From positions 13,028 to 77,027 of the forward strand of contig CAMKBC010000001.1 of the NCBI GenBank assembly GCA_946410665.1: a stretch of DNA of 64,000 bases, read 5' to 3'. Numbering within the stretch: position 1 is the stretch's first letter; each line of letters starts with the position of its first letter. Both the position numbers and the translations under genes were made by a program. The notes under the pieces were generated by a model. The model searched no databases. It was not told where the DNA came from and worked only from the letters and a program-made list of their open reading frames with translations. Below, in pieces: positions 9,986-18,246 of this stretch. The DNA comes from an uncultured Clostridia bacterium. Its GTDB lineage: Bacteria > Bacillota > Clostridia > TANB77 > CAG-508.

Positions 9986-10133
9986 GAATATCATTAGGAA
10001 CCATCATTTAAGGGGGATCTCTGGGTGTATGGAAAACGAATAATGAACTAGCTTTGCTGGGCTAAATTTCCTAATGATATTCACGAAATATACAGGATTT
10101 CTCCTGTAGAAAAATATCTAATCGATATAAAGT
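9986..10133 (-). ncRNA. Candidate small RNA or leader transcript: 5' hairpin plus a 15-bp stem enclosing a C-rich 67-nt loop, ending at the 9946-9985 terminator
   Basis: Perfect inverted repeat GAATATCATTAGGAA (9986-10000 / 10068-10082). Hairpin TACAGGA-TTTC-TCCTGTA at 10091-10108. Flanked by its own promoter and terminator. The loop on the minus strand carries CCCAG, CACCC and CCCCC runs. Confidence 0.4.
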
Positions 10134-10140
10134 AATTTCT

Positions 10141-10169
10141 ATTCTAGCACCTTTGCCAAAATTTGTCAA
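10141..10169 (-). promoter_or_regulatory. Near-consensus sigma-A promoter (P1) with an extended -10
   Basis: On the minus strand: TTGACA (10169-10164), 17-nt spacer ending in TGC, then TAGAAT (10146-10141). Confidence 0.55.
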
Positions 10170-10177
10170 TACATTAC

Positions 10178-10861
10178 CTAATTTTTAGGAACAATATTAT
10201 CTTTTGCTTTGTAAATGTGCTTTTCTGGAACTACTCCTCTTACCATAGAAAGTGGATAAACGTTTGAATATCTACCAACTACAGTTCCCGGATTTAGTAC
10301 GCATTGGCATCCAATTTCAACGCTATCGCCTAGCATTGCGCCAATTTTTCTCATACCTGTTTCTATACTCTCAACTACATTTCCGTCATTATCATATTTT
10401 TTGATAGTAACAGCTTGGTTATCTGCTTTAAGGTTTGATGCAATTGCTCCTGCTCCCATATGTGAATGGAAACCTATAATTGAATCTCCTACATAGCTAT
10501 AATGTGGAACTTTTACTACATTAAATAGAATGCAGTTCTTAAATTCACATGAATTACCAATAACGCATTCATTTCCTATAATAACTTTTCCTCTAATGTA
10601 AGCTCCTGGTCTTACTTCAGTATCTGATCCAATAATTGTTGGACCTTTTATTGTAGCACTTTTATCAATGCTTGCTGTTTTGTGAACCCAAACGTTTTCA
10701 GCAATTTCTTTATATTCATCTGTTGGAAGATTTGGTCCAATTTCAAGAATATAGTCTGAAATATGTGGTAAAACCTCCCATGGATATTCATATTTACTAA
10801 TTAAATCTTTAGCTATAGTTTCATTTAAGTCATATAAATTAACAATTTTAGCGTCTTCCAT
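10178..10861 (-). CDS. Left-handed beta-helix (hexapeptide repeat) acetyltransferase, GlmU C-terminal-domain-like
   Basis: Hexapeptide repeats. PHYSYVGDSIIG and GAGAIASNLKAD resemble the GlmU motifs GHLTYLGD and NYDG. Start moved to MEDAKIV (ATG 10861), after AAAGGAGAAATT. Confidence 0.7.
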   Translation of the reverse strand: MEDAKIVNLYDLNETIAKDLISKYEYPWEVLPHISDYILEIGPNLPTDEYKEIAENVWVHKTASIDKSATIKGPTIIGSDTEVRPGAYIRGKVIIGNECVIGNSCEFKNCILFNVVKVPHYSYVGDSIIGFHSHMGAGAIASNLKADNQAVTIKKYDNDGNVVESIETGMRKIGAMLGDSVEIGCQCVLNPGTVVGRYSNVYPLSMVRGVVPEKHIYKAKDNIVPKN

Positions 10862-10939
10862 AATTTCTCCTTTTACCAAAACAATTACCAAAATTTGTTA
10901 TTTTGGTAATTGCTCTTAGTGTTTATTTTTATTTACTAA

Positions 10940-12190
10940 TTATAGTTTCCAATAATTATTATATAACTCTACTGCTGTTGCTGGGCTATCTTTTCCCTCT
11001 GCATTTTTTACAGGTGCAAACTCATTTTCTCTAACACCTCTTACTAAAGTCATATTATTGAAGAATTTAAATCCATCAAAAATGAATGCTTCATATTTAT
11101 ATGCATTTGGCTCTGTAGCTTTTATTACTGTTCCGTCAACCATAGTCATATCTGCTTTTTTGTGAGCACTATGATAAGGTAATTCTTCCTTTGAAATCTT
11201 TTCGATAGCATTAAGTGTATATACGTGGTTCATAATATTTGCTTCTCCGTATAATAATTCGCCATCTTCATCCACTTCTTCTGTCATTTCTTCAGGAATT
11301 TCAGAATACTCTATTACTGCTGGATGTCCGTTCTTCTTGCAGAAAACTCCAACTCTTTCTTGTGGATAAGCTTTTGCAATTGATTTTGAACCAATTTCAT
11401 TTCCTTCAATTTTTGTTAAACCAATTAGGATTGGATCTACATTTTTTACTAATGCATTATCTACGCTTCCTACAAATACCCATTCAATGCCTTTAGCCTT
11501 CATATCATCAATAATGCCTTCATCAGCCATTGATTTGTAGATACAACCATTTCCGTCTGAAGCAACTTTAATTTCATAATCTTTGTTAACAATTAGTTTT
11601 CCTTGCTCATCTAATAATGGTAAATCACCTTGAACAAATATTTTTACATGATCTGTTGGATATCCAAAATAGTTGTGTTCTTCAAGAAAATCTGTTGTCA
11701 TTTTATTATTTTCATTTGAAGTCATAATGTACCAGTTTAGATATACTCCATATTCTTCTTTTGCATGAAGTAAGTCTTCAACTATAATTTGGAATAAGTA
11801 CTTTGGCTCTGGTTTTACATCTAATAAAAATGTTCCCTTAGGACCATTGTGTCCAAGTCTTGTTCCTTGTCCACCAGCCATTGTTACTATTGCTAACTGG
11901 TTATTTGTAATGATTTCTTTTCCTACAGCAAAGATTTTCTTGTATTCAGCTTTTGTTAATTTTGCTCTATTTGTAAATGGTAAATGTTCAACAAATGCTG
12001 CTTCTAATGCCTTCTCAGGATTCATCATTTCCAATGTTGTAGCATATAGTTTGTTCATTTGCTCATAATTTATATTTTCAATTTGCTTAATAAGTGTCTC
12101 TTTTTTTGCTTGGTCTTTTTCATCAAGATATTTTATATAATCTAATAAATGCTCTTGCTTGTTTTGAATTAATAGTTCTTCATAATTCAT
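10940..12190 (-). CDS. UDPGP-family (eukaryote-type UAP/AGX-like) UDP-sugar or UDP-N-acetylhexosamine pyrophosphorylase
   Basis: MAGGQGTRLGHNGPKGTF nucleotide-binding loop. SDGNG and GSVDN motifs are typical of the PF01704-type family. Confidence 0.8.
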   Translation of the reverse strand: MNYEELLIQNKQEHLLDYIKYLDEKDQAKKETLIKQIENINYEQMNKLYATTLEMMNPEKALEAAFVEHLPFTNRAKLTKAEYKKIFAVGKEIITNNQLAIVTMAGGQGTRLGHNGPKGTFLLDVKPEPKYLFQIIVEDLLHAKEEYGVYLNWYIMTSNENNKMTTDFLEEHNYFGYPTDHVKIFVQGDLPLLDEQGKLIVNKDYEIKVASDGNGCIYKSMADEGIIDDMKAKGIEWVFVGSVDNALVKNVDPILIGLTKIEGNEIGSKSIAKAYPQERVGVFCKKNGHPAVIEYSEIPEEMTEEVDEDGELLYGEANIMNHVYTLNAIEKISKEELPYHSAHKKADMTMVDGTVIKATEPNAYKYEAFIFDGFKFFNNMTLVRGVRENEFAPVKNAEGKDSPATAVELYNNYWKL

Positions 12191-12254
12191 TGTTGTAATT
12201 CTCCTTTTCGGTTGCTATTTAATAAAGCTTCGAGTATTATACCACATTTTTCGC

Positions 12255-14441
12255 TTATTGTCTCTTTGCTTCCTCAATTAATGTAACTTTTCTAATATCT
12301 ACATTAAATAGGTCTTTTTCCACAATTATATTAATTTTTTCCTTATTTACCTCTTTTATATCCCCAACTTTCAATAAAACTTCGTTTGTTTCGTCCATGC
12401 CAACCGGCAAAGTTTTGCTTACGTTGTTGTACATTATGATATTGCTGAAGAACAGCATATGATTCTCAGCAGTTGTTTTTGCTTTGTAAATTTTCTCTGT
12501 TTCATCATTTTCAACTAATTCATAAGGATTAATTGTGGCTGTTATAAAGCCTTTATTTCTTTTATCATAGTAAATTTCCATGTCATATTTACAAGAAATT
12601 TTGTTATATGCTTCATTTAGTAATCTACCATAATTTCTACATGTTTCTTTAAAATCTTCTAATGTTGTATCATTAGTAAATTTTAAAATTGAGTACAATT
12701 CACGTGGATTTTCTCTATGTTGTTTGAATTTTAACTTCTTAATATTATCTGATTCATCACCAATTCCACCAAATAGTGATTTATATTGGTCTTGATTCTT
12801 TAGATTTTCTTTTAACGAATCATAACATTCATCTATTAAATATGTATCGCTTTTTGTAACTATAGCATTAAGTGCTGGTAATATGTACTTAGATAAGAAT
12901 ACAGCATTGCACTCTTCGTCACTTAATTTTTGTCTTTGTAGTGAATCAACATCCAATCCAAGATCATCTCTGTCTTCATCATAATTGAAAACAGGGCGTT
13001 TTTTGATGTTCTCACCTTGTGCTTGACCTTCTGCCAACTCATTTGCATTGTCTTTATTAGTAAATCTCCAGAAATCAAATAAGTTTTTCTTATGTTTTTG
13101 AATTTCATCAAGATATTTTTGTGCATTATCAGTTTTTCTAGTCATATTCTCTTGTTTTAATAACAACACTTTAATATCCGCTTCTAATCCCTTTGCTTCA
13201 GATGAAATCTTTTTAACTTCTACTGAATTCTTTACTAAATCAGCAACTGTGAATATGTCAGCAAATTTTGAATAGTCTTGCTTATCCACACTTACCTCTT
13301 TTTCTTTAATTTGCTTTACTGAAATACTCTTCTCTTCGTTTAGTCTTGCAAGTAAGTTCTTATTCTCTGTAATAACCTTCTTGTTATTTCTAAAGAAATA
13401 CTTAACTCTCTTGAAAACACTCTTCTTACAATTCATGAATTCAAAGATTTGTTTTTCTTGTTTAACATAGATTAAACTTTGTTTCTTAAGAATTTCGTGA
13501 ATCTTTTCAATTTTTTCTTTATTTATTTCTATTTCATTCTTTAAAGAGTATTTTAATCCTTGTTGTCTTCCTGTTTCATTTGAAATAAACTCTTGAATAT
13601 TCTTAATTGTAATTACTTGCTTATCATATGAAAGTGTAAAGTTTCCTTTTTCATCTATTCCAGGATCAAATTTATACAAGTAATTTGTTTCTGTTGCTAA
13701 AACATATAAAGCTTTTAAAACTGTATAAAAGTTTTTAGCATCAACTATATCTTTAATAACGGTTCTGTACTTAGTTGAGAAGTTGTCTTTAAGCTTTGTT
13801 TCACCCATGATGTATAATGTGTTTTCTTTTTCGCCTTGAACCTCAACTATTTCTGGCCATTGATTTGTAAATAGTTTGATGTAAGTTACAATATCTTCTA
13901 TTTCTCTACCTGTAAAATATGTTTCACTAATTTCTTCTTTGCATATTGGAACAAATATATCTGTTTTATCATCTTCTAGTTTTTTCTTGATAACATAAGC
14001 TAAAGCTTGGTTTTCTGTTTCTCTAGCTGGTGTTAGCATGAAATATTTATCATCTTCTTTAGAATAGTATATTTGCCATAAATAGTTTTTATCATATTTA
14101 ATGAAATATGGAATCTGCTTTTCAAATTGCTCTTGTTGCTTTTCGATATCTTTAATGTCTTTTTGTGTTACTCCATTTATCCATTTTTCAAAAGCTTCTT
14201 TGTCTTGCTTTATATAGTCTTGTAATGGTAAAGCTTCCATGAATCTTTCTGTAATATCAGTTGTTCTGTCAGTATCACTAACTAGTACTTGTAACTTCTT
14301 GATATTTACTCTTTTATATACTTTATATTTACCAACATTATCCCCAGAATTAAATGGTTTATAGTCTGGTTTTACGCTTTTTAGCTTCGTAGATAATCTT
14401 GTTAATTTTAATCCAATGTAATCTAAAATTGTTTTAGACAA
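12255..14441 (-). CDS. Hypothetical 728-aa protein with a K/E-rich central coiled-coil-like segment
   Basis: Long uninterrupted ORF. TTG start sits 8 nt after AGGAGG, and 18 nt downstream of the ThrRS-like stop. I recognise no catalytic motif. Confidence 0.7.
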   Translation of the reverse strand: MSKTILDYIGLKLTRLSTKLKSVKPDYKPFNSGDNVGKYKVYKRVNIKKLQVLVSDTDRTTDITERFMEALPLQDYIKQDKEAFEKWINGVTQKDIKDIEKQQEQFEKQIPYFIKYDKNYLWQIYYSKEDDKYFMLTPARETENQALAYVIKKKLEDDKTDIFVPICKEEISETYFTGREIEDIVTYIKLFTNQWPEIVEVQGEKENTLYIMGETKLKDNFSTKYRTVIKDIVDAKNFYTVLKALYVLATETNYLYKFDPGIDEKGNFTLSYDKQVITIKNIQEFISNETGRQQGLKYSLKNEIEINKEKIEKIHEILKKQSLIYVKQEKQIFEFMNCKKSVFKRVKYFFRNNKKVITENKNLLARLNEEKSISVKQIKEKEVSVDKQDYSKFADIFTVADLVKNSVEVKKISSEAKGLEADIKVLLLKQENMTRKTDNAQKYLDEIQKHKKNLFDFWRFTNKDNANELAEGQAQGENIKKRPVFNYDEDRDDLGLDVDSLQRQKLSDEECNAVFLSKYILPALNAIVTKSDTYLIDECYDSLKENLKNQDQYKSLFGGIGDESDNIKKLKFKQHRENPRELYSILKFTNDTTLEDFKETCRNYGRLLNEAYNKISCKYDMEIYYDKRNKGFITATINPYELVENDETEKIYKAKTTAENHMLFFSNIIMYNNVSKTLPVGMDETNEVLLKVGDIKEVNKEKINIIVEKDLFNVDIRKVTLIEEAKRQ

Positions 14442-14459
14442 TTTATTATCCTCCTGTTT

Positions 14460-15683
14460 TTATTCAGTATCTCTTACGTATCCTTCAGCTGCTAATCTAT
14501 CGTTAATCTTGTTTATCAATTCTTTAACATCTACTGGAATTTGTTTTCCTTCGCTGCATAAATATAATTGATCTCTATTTAATCCATCTTTCTTTGCTAC
14601 TAAAACATAAGGTATTTTAATCTCATTATTATGGTCAATTCTCTTTTGAACACTTATGTTTACGTCATCTACTTCAACTCTGATTGAGTTTGCTACGAAC
14701 TCTCTTCTTGATTGTTCTGCAAATTTCTTAGTATTTGGCCCATCTGTGATAATAACAACTTGGTGAGGCTCAATCCAAAGAGGTATGTTACCATTGTATT
14801 TGCTAATTAATATCCCTAATAAGTTTTCATAACTACCTATTAAAGTATTATGGATGTATATAGGTGTCTTTTCTTCATTATCAATATTTGTATAAGCCAA
14901 GTTAAATCTATGAGTAATTTCGAAATCGACTTGAATTTTTGAAAAGTTTACACCATCTTGTTTTGCTCTAATTATTGGTCCAAATATTTTCGCCTTGTTG
15001 TTCACTGTGTACTCTAGTCCTAAATCTTCCAAAGCCTTTTTCATTGCAGTAGTAACATGATCCCATTCTGCTATTGTTCCGATGTAGTCTTCTTTCTTTG
15101 CCTCATTCCATGTGCATATCTCATATGTGATGTTATCTAATTGCATCTTTTCGATTAATGCTTTTTGGAATTTCAATCCATTGTATATTTCTTGCTCTAC
15201 ATTTTCTGGCTCACAGAAAACGCTTGCATCAGACATTGTAAACTGTCTTACTACGTTTAAACCTTTTAAGTCTTTTTCATTTCTATATACAGTAGAAGTT
15301 TCACATAATTTAACTGGAAGCTCCCTGTAACTGTGTTTCTTTATACCAAAAACAGCACAATGAAATGGCTCAACTTTAGGTCTTAAAACAAAGTCATTCT
15401 CATCATCGCCAAGATTTTCAGTGTCTGTATCAATAATAAACATTTCTTCTTTAAGCGTATCGTCGTATCTGTCTTCTATCTTGTAAATGGATGAACTAGA
15501 AACATTCGGTGTTCTAACAATTTTATATCCGTATCTTTCTTCCAAATACTCTATGTAGTTACGTAGATTCTTAATTAAACGAGCGCCTCTTGGAAGCATA
15601 ATAGGAAATCCTTTTCCTATATAATCAACTGAAGTAAAAAGTTCTAATTCAGCGCCTAATTTATTAATTTCTGCTGATCTCAT
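14460..15683 (-). CDS. Threonyl-tRNA-synthetase-like class II paralog: catalytic core plus anticodon-binding domain only, zinc site not conserved
   Basis: HSYRELP, YRNE (motif 2), IHNTLIGSYENLLGIL (motif 3 region) and PHQVVIIT align to ThrRS. No TGS or editing domains. Cys->Glu and His->Ser at Zn ligands. Start set at MRSAEINK (ATG 15683) because a promoter lies inside the upstream ORF extension. Confidence 0.8.
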   Translation of the reverse strand: MRSAEINKLGAELELFTSVDYIGKGFPIMLPRGARLIKNLRNYIEYLEERYGYKIVRTPNVSSSSIYKIEDRYDDTLKEEMFIIDTDTENLGDDENDFVLRPKVEPFHCAVFGIKKHSYRELPVKLCETSTVYRNEKDLKGLNVVRQFTMSDASVFCEPENVEQEIYNGLKFQKALIEKMQLDNITYEICTWNEAKKEDYIGTIAEWDHVTTAMKKALEDLGLEYTVNNKAKIFGPIIRAKQDGVNFSKIQVDFEITHRFNLAYTNIDNEEKTPIYIHNTLIGSYENLLGILISKYNGNIPLWIEPHQVVIITDGPNTKKFAEQSRREFVANSIRVEVDDVNISVQKRIDHNNEIKIPYVLVAKKDGLNRDQLYLCSEGKQIPVDVKELINKINDRLAAEGYVRDTE

Positions 15684-15717
15684 ATTAATCCTTTCAATTA
15701 AATAGATAATCAACGAA

Positions 15718-15746
15718 ATTATATCATTACGAATTTTAAATAACAA
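15718..15746 (-). promoter_or_regulatory. Sigma-A-like promoter for the ThrRS-like operon
   Basis: On the minus strand: TTGTTA (15746-15741), 17-nt spacer, TATAAT (15723-15718). This leaves only about 30 nt of 5' UTR, with no room for a T-box. Confidence 0.45.
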
Positions 15747-15761
15747 TAGAAATTACACTTA

Positions 15762-15799
15762 CAAAAAGAAAAAAGTAGCCAATAAAAATTAGCTACTTT
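15762..15799 (-). terminator. Intrinsic terminator after the Xer recombinase gene
   Basis: Stem AAAGTAGC/GCTACTTT with a 12-nt loop, then a T-run on the minus strand. Confidence 0.55.
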
Positions 15800-15818
15800 T
15801 TGTTGATTTTATATTAAA

Positions 15819-16700
15819 TTACGCTCTTGGGAAAGTATGTTTATATACATCTCTCAATTCTGCATTTTCGAAACTAGCATAAACTTTTGTTGATGAAATA
15901 TCTGAGTGCCCTAGCATTGTTTGAATAGATTTCATATCTGCTCCATTTTGTAATAAGTGTGATGCAAATGAATGACGTAATACGTGTGGAGTAATATCTT
16001 TTTCAATATGAGCTTTTTCTTTATAATATTTTACGATTTTCCAGAATCCTTGTCTTGTTAATCTTGAGCCGTTCATATTGATGAATAATGCTCTATTGTT
16101 TTCATCTTTTAACAAGATTGGTCTTGCATCATTTATATATTCTGTTAAAGCAGCAATTGCCATTCCTCCTAATGGAACATCTCTTGTGCTCTTTCTACTC
16201 TTAATTGAGATAATACCTTGCTCTTCTTTAAAATCTTCAATGTTTAAATCGATGATTTCAGTAACTTTCATTCCTGTAGCATAAGCAACTTCTAGCATTG
16301 CCTTGTCACGAGTTCCTTTTAAATCAACATCTTTTGGTTGCTCTAATAGTAAGTTAACTTCATCTGATGTTAAAACACTTGGAGTTTTCTTCTCTACTCT
16401 TGGTGCTTGTACATTGAATGTTGGATCGTCTTTTATTTTCTTTGTTCTCATAAGGAAGCTATAGAATGATCTTAGTGTTGCTAAGTTTCTTGATACTGTT
16501 GCAGGTTTCTTTCCAAACTCTTTTAAACCATCAATATATTCTTGTACTTCATCATTCTCAATTTTTAAATAGTTAAGTCTATTCATCTCTAAGAATAATT
16601 TGTATTGTTGAATGTCACGATTATAAGATTGTAAAGTGTTGTCAGATAATCGTTTCTCATTTTTTAAGAATTCTAAAAATAGTTTAATTTGTTTGTCCAT
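15819..16700 (-). CDS. XerC/XerD-family tyrosine recombinase
   Basis: C-terminal HVLRHSFASHLLQNGADMKSIQTMLGHSDISSTKVYA (R-H-R-Y catalytic set) and an N-terminal SAM-like core-binding domain. Confidence 0.85.
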   Translation of the reverse strand: MDKQIKLFLEFLKNEKRLSDNTLQSYNRDIQQYKLFLEMNRLNYLKIENDEVQEYIDGLKEFGKKPATVSRNLATLRSFYSFLMRTKKIKDDPTFNVQAPRVEKKTPSVLTSDEVNLLLEQPKDVDLKGTRDKAMLEVAYATGMKVTEIIDLNIEDFKEEQGIISIKSRKSTRDVPLGGMAIAALTEYINDARPILLKDENNRALFINMNGSRLTRQGFWKIVKYYKEKAHIEKDITPHVLRHSFASHLLQNGADMKSIQTMLGHSDISSTKVYASFENAELRDVYKHTFPRA

Positions 16701-17027
16701 TTTACATCTCCTTATAAAGTTATATTTGATTGATAGAATTTATGTAATAAAATTATGTCAAAAAAATCAAAGTCATTTTATCATATTTTTGATATTTTGC
16801 AAGTCTTCTTTCGCTTATTTTACAAGCGATTGGCGAATATTGGAAATTACAGTTTCCATAAAATAGTATCCATAATTACTATATCTTTCCATTATTTTTT
16901 TATCATTCATCTCTCTAAAAGCACATAAATAGAGAAGGTTTTCGCCTTCCCTATTTTTATATTTCTCAAAATTCAATTACCAATTTTACATAAGTCAATT
17001 AAATATATAATTTAAAAAAATTTTTAA

Positions 17028-17528
17028 TTATAAACTTTCTCTCTTAAAACCATCTAACATTGGATTTTGGTAAGTGTATTGATTTAGTTCTGTTTCAGAA
17101 AAACTTACTTGGAATGGATTTAAATTTAAAACATTGCTTGCTTCAACTTTGTATAAATTAGAATGATCTACTTCTTGTAATCTAAAAGCAGGTATTCCAT
17201 TATTTATATTTGCAAAATCAATTTCTTTATCATCTTTTGATCTATTAGAAGTTCTTTTTGTTCCTATTCCAATATCATTTAAGTCGGTTACAACTGTACT
17301 TGTTCCAAAAATATTTATGCTTGATTGTGTTGTTTCTTTCTTTGGCTCTTCTTTAATATCAACTTTAAACACCTTTGGCTTAGCACTTCTTTTCTTCTCT
17401 TCTGCTTTTGCTAAAGCTGGTTTCATTTTTTCGTATGCTTCTATAGCTTTTTTTACACTTGCTTTAGAATCTTTTACTTCTTTTCCATCGTTATTAAAAT
17501 CATCGATTTTTTCACTTAATATACTCAT
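17028..17528 (-). CDS. Hypothetical 166-aa protein
   Basis: ORF with ATG 17528 after AGGAGGTTATT. It lies 8 nt downstream of the preceding gene's stop. No motif recognised. Confidence 0.55.
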   Translation of the reverse strand: MSILSEKIDDFNNDGKEVKDSKASVKKAIEAYEKMKPALAKAEEKKRSAKPKVFKVDIKEEPKKETTQSSINIFGTSTVVTDLNDIGIGTKRTSNRSKDDKEIDFANINNGIPAFRLQEVDHSNLYKVEASNVLNLNPFQVSFSETELNQYTYQNPMLDGFKRESL

Positions 17529-17538
17529 AATAACCTCC

Positions 17539-18099
17539 TTACGCTTCAACACTATCCAACAACTTAACAAATTCAGAGAATTGATTAATTACCTTATTAT
17601 CAACATCTTTTAAATTATTGTTTTTAATAGTATCAATTGCTTCTTCAGGACTATAACCTTTTCTTTCTGGTCTGTCTAAAACTAGGCCACCAAATTGATC
17701 AGCTAATTCAATAATGTCACTTTCAATAGGTCTATTATCTTTTAATGTGTAGCGGTTAACACCCTCACAAATTTGGCAGAAATGCTCATCAAATCCAAGA
17801 GTTGCTAAATACTCAGCACCTTTTTTAGCATAATTTTGAATTATATTTTGATCAGTTGTATCTTCTTCCTTGCAACAATCACATAATAATCTCGCAGTAA
17901 TGATAAGATTTGTATCTAAATTCATTTCTGGATTCTTATCGTTTAAATACTCTGTAAACATTTTGCTTATTAATGTTTTAAAAATAACTGCATTGTTGTA
18001 ATAGATATTTGTTTTCTTTTTAAGATAAAACATAATTTCTAATTTTTTACCCCAATCAGTTTGAGACAAAATGTAACTAGCAAAACTCTCTTCTTCCAT
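17539..18099 (-). CDS. Degenerate HD-GYP-like domain protein (metal ligands substituted)
   Basis: LIITARLLCDCCK versus the HD motif LLHDIGK. YAKKGAEYLATLGFDEHF versus H..GA..L. IIELADQFGGLVLDRPERKGYSPEEAIDTI versus the HD-GYP tail D..DALtsdRpYr..ls.eeA. The HHE...GYP segment is missing. Confidence 0.5.
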   Translation of the reverse strand: MEEESFASYILSQTDWGKKLEIMFYLKKKTNIYYNNAVIFKTLISKMFTEYLNDKNPEMNLDTNLIITARLLCDCCKEEDTTDQNIIQNYAKKGAEYLATLGFDEHFCQICEGVNRYTLKDNRPIESDIIELADQFGGLVLDRPERKGYSPEEAIDTIKNNNLKDVDNKVINQFSEFVKLLDSVEA

Positions 18100-18214
18100 T
18101 TCTCCTCCTAAGTATACACCTTAAGTTTATATAAAAAATCCTAACAATTCCAGCCTTTTCGGGTAAACTTAATATTATTGTAATATTGGAAATAACTGGC
18201 AACCGTTAATGATC

Positions 18215-18246
18215 ATAATAAAAAAGACAGATATTTTATCTGTCTT
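18215..18246 (-). terminator. Intrinsic terminator after tmcAL
   Basis: Stem AAGACAGAT/ATCTGTCTT (18224-18246) with a 5-nt loop and a T-run on the minus strand. Confidence 0.65.

Noticed and set aside
9986-10082. Tiny ORFs inside the hairpin element (for example a 12-codon ATGATGGTTCCTAATGAT... on the minus strand), considered as a type I toxin or leader peptide
   Set aside because: There is no RBS, the peptide is not hydrophobic, and the ORF lies within a perfect 15-bp stem. RNA structure is the simpler explanation.
15684-15746. N-terminal 21-aa extension of the ThrRS-like ORF (MLFKIRNDIISLIIYLIERIN)
   Set aside because: The extension contains a TTGTTA-17-TATAAT promoter. The ATG at 15683 has an AAAGGA RBS and coincides with the start of the ThrRS catalytic-domain homology.
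15819-16700. Xer-type recombinase as the integrase of a mobile element
   Set aside because: There are no flanking repeats, no tRNA attachment site, no cargo with a compositional shift and no excisionase. The sequence looks like a chromosomal XerC/D.
16725-16765. dif-like sequence (TAGAATTTATGTAATAA) next to the Xer recombinase gene
   Set aside because: Only the TTATGTAA half resembles the Firmicute dif XerD arm. There is no matching left arm at the required 6-bp spacing, so this is probably chance in AT-rich DNA.
16860-16960. Possible 24-31 codon small ORF on the minus strand (MNDKKIMERYSNYGYYFMETVISNIRQSLVK) in the xerD-upstream gap
   Set aside because: The RBS is weak (AGAGAG only) and there is no conservation evidence. 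Short ORFs of this size are expected by chance.
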